Below the pieces are notes generated by a model, which saw nothing but the letters and a program-made list of their open reading frames with translations, had not been told where the DNA came from and did no database searches. The position numbers and the translations under genes were made by a program. 64,000 nucleotides of DNA from Phaeosaccion multiseriatum (Eukaryota; Protista; Ochrophyta, other classes): NCBI GenBank assembly GCA_965112735.1, contig OZ218950.1, positions 3,596,001-3,660,000 on the forward strand. The letters are read 5' to 3'. This document shows, piece after piece, positions 22,997 to 34,041 of the stretch. Every line of letters starts with the position of its first letter. Within the stretch, counting starts at the first letter, position 1.

Positions 22997-23995
22997 TCAT
23001 AGACCTTGCTGGTAGACGGGGTTGGCCATGAAAGCCCTGCGCACCTTGAGCGCCTGCTCGAAGAGATGCAGGTCCATCCCGTCCACATTGCGGCACACAC
23101 GCACCCGCACCATGGGCACACCTCCACCCCGGGGGCTATCCACACTCTCCTGTGGGGCGGAAGGGCGGTAGCACACGAGAATGAGAGGGAGTACAAGCTC
23201 AGGAGGAGGAGAGTGAGTACGAGCTCCCTCTTAATCATAGTTGTCCCCCCCCCCCCCAGGCCCCTCCCTTTCTCCCCCCCTCCGGCGTTGTTATGCCCCA
23301 TTGCCCACCTGCGCATTCAGCCACTCCACTTCCCCGATGAATTCATACAATGAGTCGATATTGAGATTGAGCGGCTGCAGCTTGGTCGTGTCCAGGAGCA
23401 GCGACACTGTTCCACTTGTTGAGCTGCTGCTGCCGCTGCCGCTGTCCCCACTGTTTACATTGCCCTTTCCACCAAACGCTGCACCATTTCTGGTAGCGGC
23501 ATTATCGGCCTTCTTACTGCTGCCGCTGTTGTTGGCGTAGGACGAAGAGGTTTTTCTGTTGATGCCCCGTCCTCTCTGCTCCTGCTCCTGCGGCTGCTGC
23601 TCTCCCACCCTTCCCTCAATTATGGCAGTTTGCTTCACCGAGTCTTGCTCCTTAACGCTGCTCAAGCGGGGAAAGCGCGGCAAAACACAAGGAGAGCTAC
23701 ACAATGAGAGAGGAGGGTTGCGACAGGGCGGGAAACAAAAACATCCGCCAGAAACACGCAAGGACCACAGCTGCAGCACAACAATGACACAGCCTTTATG
23801 GATCTACGCAGGCAGATGATCCGGGGCAGAGAGAAGACAAATAGAGAGAGAGGGAGGGGGCAGCGAGTCGTCAGACAACACAGACCAAGGTCGTTACCTT
23901 CCTACCACTCGCACAGACCCCGTCATGGCCCCACTGGCGACCTCATGCAGCAAAGCCACCTTTCCCGGCTGGAACGATACGTCGAACTGGGCCAT
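22997..23995 (-). CDS. TEN1: CST complex subunit TEN1 (telomere-capping OB-fold protein), 3 exons
   Basis: Exons 23995-23898, 23657-23309 and 23149-22997. Spliced sequence: MAQFDVSFQPGKVALLHEV...GSVRVVG|SVKEQDSVKQTAIIEG...VSLLLDTTKL...IDSLYEFIGEV...|...MVRVRVCRNVDGMDLHLFEQALKVRRAF. This matches the plant/animal Ten1 pattern SLYQFIGE...ARVGRNVDG.DL.LY..AL..RR.F. Confidence 0.88.
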
Positions 23996-24191
23996 TGAGG
24001 AGCGAGGCTCCAAATTTGTCGTTTGTGTTTCTGGAATCGATTTGAATCGATTTTGGTGGAGTGACCATCTGGTGCCATCCTATCCCTCTTCCCTTCTCTC
24101 TCCTCTCTCTGATCTCTCTCTCTCTCTCTACAAGAACCTGTGGCCTGGAAGGAGGGAAGTAGAGGTAGCAACCGCAGCGCATATTCTAAGG

Positions 24192-24702
24192 ATGGAGCCT
24201 GTGGCCACAACAGACGCTGATACACCACAAGGGGTTGAAATGCGCCCCCCCACCCTCACTGCTGCCGAGGCGGAGGAACTGCTTGCCAAGCGGATGTTCA
24301 TGGGAGGTTGCCTCTTCCTGCCGTGGCTTTGGGTGGCCAACTTGTGGTACTTCTACCCTAAATTAAAGGCAGGGGTGGTGAACCCCGCTGCAAAGAAATG
24401 TAAGCAAGAGAGAGAGATAGGTGTCGGTTACGTGAGAACCTTGAGTTGTCCATGGTTGTCTGCCTTTCACGGCCGCCTTGCTTGCCTCTTACGTGCAACC
24501 CTCCCCACCCTACCAACCTCTTTCTCTTCGCCGCGCCACCCTGCTGTTAGGGATCCGCTATTCAGCCTTTGGCGCTACGATTGAGGTCACCATCTTCTTC
24601 ATCTGGGTGTTAGTCATTCAGCTACGCTGGCGGTCCATGCTACCCGGATTTTCTTCCTATATGACCCTATTGCCCGAAGAGGAACAGTCGGGGGGCTGGT
24701 GA
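24192..24702 (+). CDS. PSENEN: Gamma-secretase subunit PEN-2 (presenilin enhancer 2), 2 exons
   Basis: Exons 24192-24399 and 24551-24702. Motif LAKRMFMGGCLFLPWLWVANLWYF, then K|WIRYSAFG and a second TM helix IFFIWVLVIQLRW. Confidence 0.88.
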
Positions 24703-25580
24703 TGACTGGCGCATTAACTTTCAGCAAACACGCCTGATAAAGGGTGCAGCCTACGGAGCGGTGGGTGTGGAACCCACAGAGCACGTTGGGGAGAAACAGC
24801 AGTTTTTCCCGAATGCAGGTAGAGAGAGAAATGCTACTTATGGAGGTCCGGGTATTGCGCTGGGGTGATGAATGACGCCGCAAAAGACTGGATGCTTGGC
24901 GTTGGCGGTGGCGCGGTCTCTCTCGAGGTGTCACTCGGGGCAAGAACTGGAGCTCTGGGCCAGGTTGTCGACCTCGAACGGCTTGAAACGGGGCGTGACC
25001 GAGTGTCGCTGGTCTATTTGGGAAGACCACACTCTCGAGGGGGATAGTCTGCTGCAGTACGCGTGTGAGGTCACCTTGCCGAGGGTTCGAGGGTGGCCCA
25101 GCTCTGTCGCTGTCTCCTCTGCAGAGACAGGAAGCGTGGAGTTGTACAACGCCGCTGAAAGCGAAGCGGGGCCCTTGGCCCTTGGCTGACGCGACTTTTG
25201 TGTTAACTCCCTAGGAGAGAGAGAAGAGAAGAGAAAGCGTATCGCGATGAAAACTGGGGGTGATGAAGATCCCAGAGGTCAGCATGGCTGGACCGAGGCT
25301 GCTGCTTCTGCTGCCTGTCGAGACGGTTCTGCTTTCTCTTGGGCTGAGCAGGGCTGGCAAAGGAGGGGCTGTTGGTTTTCGTTTCCGACCTTGGCAGATG
25401 GAAGCAAAGGATAACGAGGAAGGAAGGGGAGAGGGGTGATGCGAAATGAAGAGTGATGACAGTGATGAGATATGTCAGCAGCGGCACCGCCTGGTAACGT
25501 GGACTGACGAGCACGAAGGCCCTATGGATACAATTAATGATTTTTTTCTTTCGCTCCACTCCCCCCCGCCCCCCCCATAA

Positions 25581-25771
25581 TCGACCCCTGACGCACTATC
25601 GCCCACATTCGGCCCCTGACATGCTTCTGAGACAGGCCAGCCCAGAAGCAGGAAGCAGCTTTGGTTCCAGCCGGCCAGGCAGGAACCAGGGTCGCCTCAG
25701 AAGTAAGCATGTCAGGGGCCGACCACATAGCGAAATAGCGGACTGGCGCCGGATAGCGTGTCAGGGGTCGA
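25581..25771. mobile_element. MITE copy B (host element, related to copy A, opposite orientation) carrying a nested insertion
   Basis: The left 28 bp TCGACCCCTGACGCACTATCGCCCACAT are identical to the reverse complement of copy A's right end. The right end is GATAGCGTGTCAGGGGTCGA (2 mismatches to the TIR). No clean TSD remains (CCATAA vs CCCACC). Confidence 0.85.
25609..25722. mobile_element. MITE copy C (114 bp), sister subfamily nested inside copy B; 18-bp perfect TIRs, 6-bp TSD
   Basis: TCGGCCCCTGACATGCTT (25609-25626) pairs with AAGCATGTCAGGGGCCGA (25705-25722). CCACAT flanks both sides (25603-25608 and 25723-25728). Confidence 0.9.
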
Positions 25772-25884
25772 CCCACCTGGCGATCACAAATTCGCCGAAG
25801 AACCAACAGCCTTAGAAGACCTATACAACAGACCTGAACGTTAGCCTAAAGCAGGAACACAAGCAAAACAATCAATATTAAACC

Positions 25885-28800
25885 ATGGAACAAGCAGAGA
25901 TAGCCTCTCTTCCTCCTCCTCCACCTTCTGCTGAGCGTCAGCAAGAGTCTCCAGCACCGGCAGGATCTGAAGGAGGGACGGAGGATGCAACCGCCCGAGC
26001 GCTGGTCAGAGTCTTGGCAGACTTCGACAACCTCCGAGGAAGAGACGACAACCCCGAAAGGGAGCCTTTCAAGTACAAGTATGCGGCAAGGGATCTCCTC
26101 GAGAAGGCCATGAAGGAGGAGAAGCTTGACACGGGCGATGAGGTGAGAGGAAGGGCATGATCAGCGAGTGGATGAAAGGGAGGGGCCAGGACTCTTCCTC
26201 GTGCTGCCTCTTTATTCAGCCTCGTGATGAAGCTGACGTGTTCCAACAGCAATGGACTATAAAAATGTACATAAGGCATTCCAAGGGACAGGCTTTCTCT
26301 TTTCAACCCTGTCCCGCGCTATCAATCCCCCCCATCCCTCCCAACTCTATCGGCAGCTCCGTTCTTCTGCTCATGCTGCTATTTCTGCTTTCCATCGGCG
26401 ACTGATCCGATTCATTGTTGATGCAAGGACCAAGATTATTCGTGCACCCTTGTACTTGACCTGACCCTGACCTGATGCTGAACTCTCGCTGTGACCGCTG
26501 CTGCTGCTGCTCCTGCCGGTGATGGACTATGCTTTCCGTTACGCGTCAAACCTCTCGAGTGCAGATCGTTATGGCCCGAGTGAACTACCGCTTCGGTGCT
26601 CTGGCCCTGGAGGTGGAAGAGCCGCACATCGCAGAAGAGAAGCTCTCTCAGGGTGAGTGAGGCGGCAATACGGAGGGCGTTCGCTCTTGGAGATAAGAGG
26701 ACATGTGTCGCCGTGCCCATGCCATGAGATAATAAAATCTCTTCTTTTCGTGGTCGTTTTGTGCACCACTTCAGCGGCCGAGGCGATGTATCCCGGGTTA
26801 GTTGCTGCCATCTTGGAGGCAAGCGGCGACGAGATTGGGCAAGAGCGGGACGCGTCAGAGGGAGAAGGCGCCCTCGACAAGGAGCAGCAGCAGGTGAGGG
26901 AAGGGTCGAGGACCGCAGTGGGGTGGGAAGCCTCCGGGACAAAAGCGGCGAGGATGTTCTACAACAGACAGAGCGGGACTTCAGGGGACATTCATCCCGT
27001 TCTCCTTTGTCTGTCTCAGGCTCTACCTCATCGCTCACAACCGGTCGTCCCTTGTCCCTTATTATGCCCTCGAAAAGAAGGAGGAGGAGGCATCGATAGA
27101 GAAGAGAGAGACGAGAGAGGCCAAAGCTTTAGAAGCGAAGCCTTCCTTAGCGGCGAAGCTCATACCAGAGGAGACTATGGACACCCTGAATCAGCTGGGT
27201 ATCCTGTGGGTGCAGAGAGAGTGTCCTAGGAAAGGCCTGCTCTTTCTTCAGGCCGCTGACCGGTAGGTTCAAAGGGATCCCGAGCTTTGCTTTGCTTTCC
27301 GTTTTAGGCTTCACTTCGCAGCCGCCGCAAGGTTTTTGATATCCAAGCCAAGCGCTGTCCTCAGTTAGTTTCGAACTACCCCAGCTGAGCCTCTCTGATC
27401 TCCTTGGTGCTTGCTTCTAATGACCCACCCGTGCACAGACATTTCAATTACGTGGCAAGCGCCGCAGCTGCGGCTCCCGCCCAGGAAGAAGAAGAAACGC
27501 CACCCCCATCCGGCAAGAAAGCCCTTCGCTCAGAGGCCGTGCTGGCCCCATCTGCCTCCGTGGACGGCGAGGCTGGCGGGGGCGCCGTCGACGCAGAGGC
27601 GACGGTGGGAGTAGCAGCCGCAACAGTGGAACGGCCGGGGGAGGCCTCAGCTTGCGACAGTCACGCGTGCATGCCCAAGATGCGCAGTCTGCAGACGCAC
27701 ACCTTCTTCTATCTGGCGCAGGTGTATGGGCAGCTGCGCGACGTGGAGAAGGCGTCCAGGTGCGTGCGTGCGTGCGTGCGTGCATGCGTACGTGTGTGGG
27801 TGTGTGGGTGCGTGCGTGTGTGGGTGCGCGAGTGCGCTGGGGCTCGCTCTACGGTGTGTAAGCTCCGAGTAGTGCCCAATTCGCAATACTGATGTGTGTG
27901 TGTGTGTGGGTGATGAGCGTGCGTATGTACTGTACATGTGTGCTTTGTTTATGTGCTTGCTACCGAATGTTCTCGCACGCGGTCACGCACGACTCCCTGC
28001 TGCTCTTTGTGGCGCTATTGCCTCACTACCCGCAATGGCTATGTCGGATGCAACTGTTCTGCAGGTACTGCTATCTCACGTTGCAGCGGCAGCTGCTACT
28101 GTCTGCCGGTACCGCTGGCGAGGCCACTCCCAATCTGTGCTTTAATCCGCTAGAGTGGAGTAAAAACGCGTGCTTTCTCGCGGATTTCTACATGGGAAGG
28201 TAAGAAAAAAAGAAAGAAGGAGGGGAGGAGTTTGAATACGGGGGTGGTGGGACTGCTCAATCCACAGCCCAAACTACACTTGGCCCTCAGCGAGGGAGTG
28301 GGGGGGGGGGAGATAGGACCATGAGGGAGAAGGATTTCGACCTTTTCTGGATCGACCGCTGACGGCCTTAGGTACTGTCCCGCCTTGCCTGCACCCTTCG
28401 CTGTCCACCCTCTCCTCTGTTCTTGGCCAGGAATGACTTCGCAACCGCCGGGCACTGCCTTGCCGCATCACGAGCCGTGCTTCGTCTGCTAGGCAGGAGG
28501 GAAGGAGAGGGGACGGGGAAGGGGGGGGCAGAGGTGGATTCTGGCAAGGGCATGAGCGAGAGTGAGAGTGAAAGTGAGAGCGAGGGCAAGGACAAGGGCA
28601 GTAGTGGTAGCGCTAGTACTGGAGAGCATAGCGATGGCGACGACGAGGAATACCTAGAGCGCTGGGCAGATGTGCAGAGGAGGCTGGGGCGGCTCTACGT
28701 CATCATCATGCAGGTCAAGCACGAGGAGAAGATGCTGCAGGAGAACGGAATGTCGCCAGAGGAGGCCAGGGCATTGCTTGCAGGAGCAGGAGCAGGAGGA

Positions 28801-30525
28801 GCAGGACATGGATTTGGACCAGGGTCAGGGTCAGGGTCAGCAGTCGGGGAGGAGAGAGTCCGCTTCACAGGTTTGGAGATTGAGGACCCACCCTTGACGG
28901 ACTTGTCCACCATCGAAGCCGATTTTGAGAGTATGCGGGAGCTTTTCAAAAAGGCGAACGGGCACCTGGAGACGGCCAAAGGCTTCTTTGTGCTGGACGG
29001 GTACGTGAGTGACCACGTGCGTCTGTTGCAGGACGTGAGTAGGGCCTACAAGTACCTGCTGGGCTTTGAGGAGGACGCCAAGAGACAAACGGCCATGCTC
29101 AGCAGGAGGGCTACGGCACTGCACCCTATTCTCAAGGTGAGTGAGTGAGTTGTGGCTTGTGGGTTTGTGGCCATCTTTGCAGGAAGGGAGGGAGGGAGCT
29201 CAGAACATCAATGTAGGGAGGGAGAAGGACTGAATCATGTCCTCTCCTCACGCCGTCGCCGCGGTTTTTTCTGTTGTCTTGGGGACCGGTGCAAATTTAC
29301 CTTACATTACGACACGACGCCAGGTTTTGGGAAAGAAGGCGTACGGAGATCTCGTCAAGGAGCTTGCCTTTGAGCTGGGAGAGGTGAGTGAGGCAGCAGT
29401 AGGGAAGGAAAGGGAAGGGAAGGGAAGGGAAGGGAGGTAGAGGAGGGACGGGGAGGAGGAGCAGGAGCAGGAGGCCCATCCACAGCCTGCACTGACACTG
29501 AAATTGGAAACGACCAGGTGTACATGCGGCTCTCAGAGCTCAAGGAGGCGAGCTTGGAGGAGAAGCGCAAGATCAAGGGCAAGGCCCCCACGGCAGGCAT
29601 TGAGAAGCTGGACCAGCTGCTGGGGGACGCCATTGACTGCTTCAGGGAGTTCAGCGGCATGTATGAAGGTTAGACTGCTCGGCTGTGAGGCTGTGTGGCT
29701 GTTCGTACGAGTCATGATGTGCTTGCTTGCTTGGGTGCTAATGCTACGGGGGGGTGCATGGGTGGGCAGTGGGGGGCGGAGGAAAGAGAGGATTGTGAGG
29801 CTGGCGGATTGAGGCTCGGGAAAGTTCCAAGGCAGCTCGCATGGGGTATTCATTCCGCTTCATATGTTGCATGTTGTACAGGCGAAGGCGGCGACGAAGT
29901 GGAGCGGGAGACAGTGGGGCCTTACTTGCGCAGTCACTTCCATGTGGCGCGGCTGCTTGGACGGAGAGAGAACACAGCCAAGACTATGGAGGAGGCCGTC
30001 GAAGCGCTGGGGCGGAGTCTCAAAGGTGAGTTGACTTCAGTCGTCCGCTTGCGAAGGTTCAAGCTGGAAGCTGTGTTGAAGGATAAAGCTGTAAGCCTTG
30101 TTTTATGTACATGTGTGGCATGTGTGCGTGGGTGGGTGCGTGGACGAGTGCGAATACTGACTTGGAGGAGGTTGCTGCAGTTTTGTTGCGAGGCAGAAAA
30201 TGCCCACCTCCTCCCGCCTCGTCTCTAGCATGTGCCTTACAAAAGGCACACCACCTCTCTCTCTCTCTCACTCGCACCTCCTTCTCTAACTCTCTTTCTC
30301 TCTATCGCTCTCTCTCTCATTCCTCGCGCACGCCCCGTCTCCCCCCCCTCTTTGCATGTGCGCGCGTGGACAGAGTACGAGTGGGTGGTGGAGCATGCCC
30401 CCAAGGTGACGGGCGACGAGGAAGCGCACAAAGCGGTCTTCGCCGCGGAGCTAGACATCGCCAAGCAGATGAAGGAGCTGCTGCCGCACAAAATAGCCAG
30501 AGCCTCATCGGCTTCTCGAAGATAG
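25885..30525 (+). CDS. KIFBP: KIF-binding protein (KBP) homolog, multi-exon TPR-like protein
   Basis: Successive exons give EPFKYKYAARDLL, LNQLGILW, THTFFYLAQVYGQL...SR|YCYLTLQRQL, FNPLEWSKNACFLADFY, FFVLDGYVSDHVRLLQDVSRAYKYL..FEED.KRQ.AM..RR, ELAFELGE, ELDIAKQMKELLPHKI. Not every internal boundary was checked. Confidence 0.9.
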
Positions 30526-30897
30526 TACCGAAGGACCGTAGGACCCAAATCAAAGCCAAGGGCTGGGGCATTCCGACCGCAGTAGAGTGCTCGCTCGCAA
30601 CATTGCATGGTCTTGGGGCAGCGGGCGGGAGCCACTCTCTCAGCTCCAGAGCATACCCCACCCGGGCATTGCGCATTTTCCTGCCGCGCGCCCATATGCA
30701 CCCTTAGGCCTCCACCTAGCGGTGAACAAGAGTAACCCGCTGCTGCTGGAGCTGCTGCGGCTTCCCAATGAGATAAACTCATTCAACCCGATCCCTCTGC
30801 TTCTCAAGTAACGTCACACAAGCGCCCGCCGACGTCAGTCCGTTGCGTCCGTCAGCGTCACATGTCTCATGACTCATATAACCTCACAACCGCACCA

Positions 30898-32897
30898 TCA
30901 TGATGCTGCCGCCATGTCCAGCAGGCCCTTCTCCTCGAGCAGCTTGACGAGGCGCTCCTCCTCCCCCACCATGACCTCGTACTCCCCGTCCTCCTCGTGG
31001 TCGTGTCCCACCAGATGGCACAGGCCGTGTATCATGAGGAGCGTGAGGCGCCGCTCCATGTCGAACACATTGGCCATGGCACCGCTCACGCCTCGCTCGG
31101 TGCAGGGGCCGTCCAGCTCAAACGACAGCCTGCGTGTTTGCGTGTGTGCGTGCGTGCGTGTGTGTGTGTGGGGGGGGGGGGGTGTATGGGGGTGGGCGTA
31201 CGTGCGTAGGCGAGATTTGGCGGGCAAAGCACTTCGTAGTGATGTATCGTTTCCCCTCCGTGCCAGGCAACGGGTCCGGGGCACGGACCTATCTCTCTCC
31301 TGCAGTTTGCCCAAGCAGGGCACAGAAACACACTCACACACACAAACTAACCTGTCTCTCTCAATTTGTCTGGCCACGTACGGGAGTGAAACTACCATCT
31401 CTCCTAGGTCCATTTCGTATGGGGAAAACAGGTCAGGCTTGACGCCGGGGGGAATGAAAGCCTCCACGGGGAAGGACAGGATGTCCGTTGACTTTGCTTT
31501 GCTGCGGTACCTGTGGACCAAACCCGACAAGCACAACAGAAACAAAGGGCAGGAGGAGAGAGAGCGAGGGGGCAGGGAATCTTGAGAAGCTCTCCCTGAT
31601 CCCTAACCTTTTGCATCTGACTTACTGACTTACTGGCTATTGAGTTCCCTGACAGTCTGGTCGGTGGTGAGCCACACTCCAAGGTCCCAGTTGCCCACCC
31701 CGAGCGCCGCCATGGCTTCCCTTAGCTGCTGCTCCAGCCTGTGTTCGTCAATGTCCGGGAAGGCGCGCTGCGTGTTCTTGAAGATTATGTCGCCTTGGGC
31801 CCGTGGGACAAGGCAGGGGAGCAGCAGGAGCCGAAGCAGCAGAGCAGATCAAAGAGAGAGATAGATGCGTATATGAGGAGCGTTGAAGGAACTGAACGAG
31901 GAGCACGTTCCTGGCTTTCTTGGAATGATATGATCGCAAAGCGAACGAATGAGTGTGTACTTGGAGCTCCACACTTTTCCTTCTCTTATGCAGCACGTCC
32001 TCCATATCTCTCCTTCCTTCCCTCCTACCCTCTGAACTGCACTCATGTGCCTTGACTTGACTGACGCACCGGTCTCTCGATCGAAGTTATTTCGGGGGTC
32101 GTTCGCTATTTCCTCGTCCTCCCGCAAGGCGGCTTCCTCCTCCTCCCCCACTTCATAGTACTCGTCCTCGTCGTCGTCATCATCGTAATCCTCGTCATCG
32201 TCATCATCATCCTGTGGCAGACAGAGGAGAACAAGAGCGGTTTGGAAGGAGCGGATGTTAAGGGGAAGAAGCAGAAACCAACCGTGCTGCTTCGTGTGGG
32301 GACCACGGGACCGAGAGAAAGGCAAGCAGGCAGGGCCTCCCGACATGACTGCGATCACTGTAAGCCCCAAACGCGTACCTCAAAAAGCATGTCGGCGAGG
32401 TTCACTGCCCCCATCCCCGGAATGTTCATTGTTTTACCAGGCACGACGGGAGCCCCTGCTCTCACTGCGGCCCTTGACTCTGCCCGGGCCTGGGCCGCCT
32501 CTACTTCCGCCCTGTCGGCATGGTCCCCGCCCTCCTCCTGGGCGCCGTCCAGTATCAGAGCGTGGAGGTGCGGCCACTTCCAATACCGTCTGTACGACCG
32601 CGTGCGGCCCAGCTCCCAGCCCATCCCCCTGCGCCTTTTCACCCTTGACGCAGCAACTTGCGTAGTGCCAGTGGGAAAACCCATACAGGGCCGCACGAAC
32701 CCAGCCGAGTATGCTCGTGATGACTGTGGTGTGGACTGGAAGCCGCGACTCAGCACCCAGCCCTTTGCTCCGGCCTTCCCTCGTCCTGCTGCTGCTGCTG
32801 CTGCAAGCCTAGAGCACCCGAGGCAAAAATTCATGCTCTCTGTTCCTACAACCACTACTGCTGCTGCTGCTACTGCCCCCGCTGCTGAGAACCTCAT
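30898..32897 (-). CDS. ybeY: rRNA maturation endoribonuclease YbeY with long organellar-targeting N-terminal extension, about 5 exons
   Basis: Motifs VRELNSQ|YRSKAKSTDILSFP, DLGEMVVSL, and the zinc-binding LMIHGLCHLVGHDHEE (H3xH5xH). Start at 32897 or 32834. Confidence 0.92.
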
Positions 32898-34041
32898 GAA
32901 GGCTACGATTAAGATATAAGGGGCGCCAGAAAGGGGAAAAATTGAAAAGGATGGAGGGGCGGGCCCCGCCCCGCCCTGAAGCGGATGGAGGGAAGAAGCT
33001 CACAGATTTTCCGAAGCTCCAACACGTGTCCCAAGGGGCCATACCCCCCTTGGGATTGTTCGCTGTGACTACCTCGATTGTCTCCAGCTGCCGCTCTCTG
33101 AGGTACGGGAGGGATTGCAGGGACAAGGATAGTGCTCTGAAAAGCGAGGAGTCATTTTCTGTGCTGTACTGCTTTACTGGAAGGGCTGGTCTGTTCTCGT
33201 CCCTGAGGGAAGAACTAACTGAAGGGAGGAGACCCCCCCCAATTGAGTTGTCGGCAGCGAGAATAGGGCATCCAACAGGCTGAACGGATGAGAGTGGACA
33301 AGGGTGGTGGATAGCTTGCGTAGTGGTGAAGCCTCGCGAAAGTTTTTCGATGGAGAAGGAACTTGGTTTTTGTTGTTTGCAGGCAAGCCAAGACTGGGCA
33401 CCAGATGAACGCACCTGAGGAGCAGAGATATGAACCCTTGCCCCTCTTTGTTCTGCGCTACTTGATGGCTCACCTCTTCCGTTGTGAGCCAGTATCTAAC
33501 ACACCTTTCCGCTTCCGCCTCTCCCTCTCTTTGGTGTGTGATCTTTCCCTCTTGTTCTCAGCACTTTCCTGTCATCTGTACCACTGTAAACAAGGGTGGG
33601 GCTTGGGAGAGAGAGGTGGAGGGGGAAAGAGGGCAACAAGAACGTAGGGCCTGGAGACCCACTGAGAAGAAATGCCTCTGGCAAACCACACCGCATTTTC
33701 GCATTTCAACGTAAACAGCGGCTGCCGCAGCGGTAGCGGCAACACAGGAGTGCCTGATCGGGCAGACGAGGGTGCCGGGGGGGGTGGAGACGGCAAAGGC
33801 GACGAGGAGGGGGGAGGACTGGGCGTAAAGGTGGGGCAGCGCGAGGAAGCCCAACTGCGAACCTCTTCGCTCGTGCAGTAATAAAGAGCTTACACTCGTA
33901 TACATAGGGTAGGGCAGCGGGTGCATTTTTGGGGGGACGAAGTAGAGGCAGAGGGGATTGAAGAACGGGGTGAACATCGAGGAAAAGACAGCACAGCGAC
34001 GCAAGCACGAACGGAGACACAAAGGGCGGGAAGAGGAGGGA

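Noticed and set aside
24865-25500. Short ORFs downstream of PEN-2
   Set aside because: No recognisable domain, and I could not build a spliced model.
653-32897. Bacterial-type genes (panB, rsmB-like, ybeY) as recent horizontal transfer or contamination
   Set aside because: All carry multiple GT-AG introns and match host composition, and panB and ybeY have organellar-type N-terminal extensions. They are ordinary nuclear genes.
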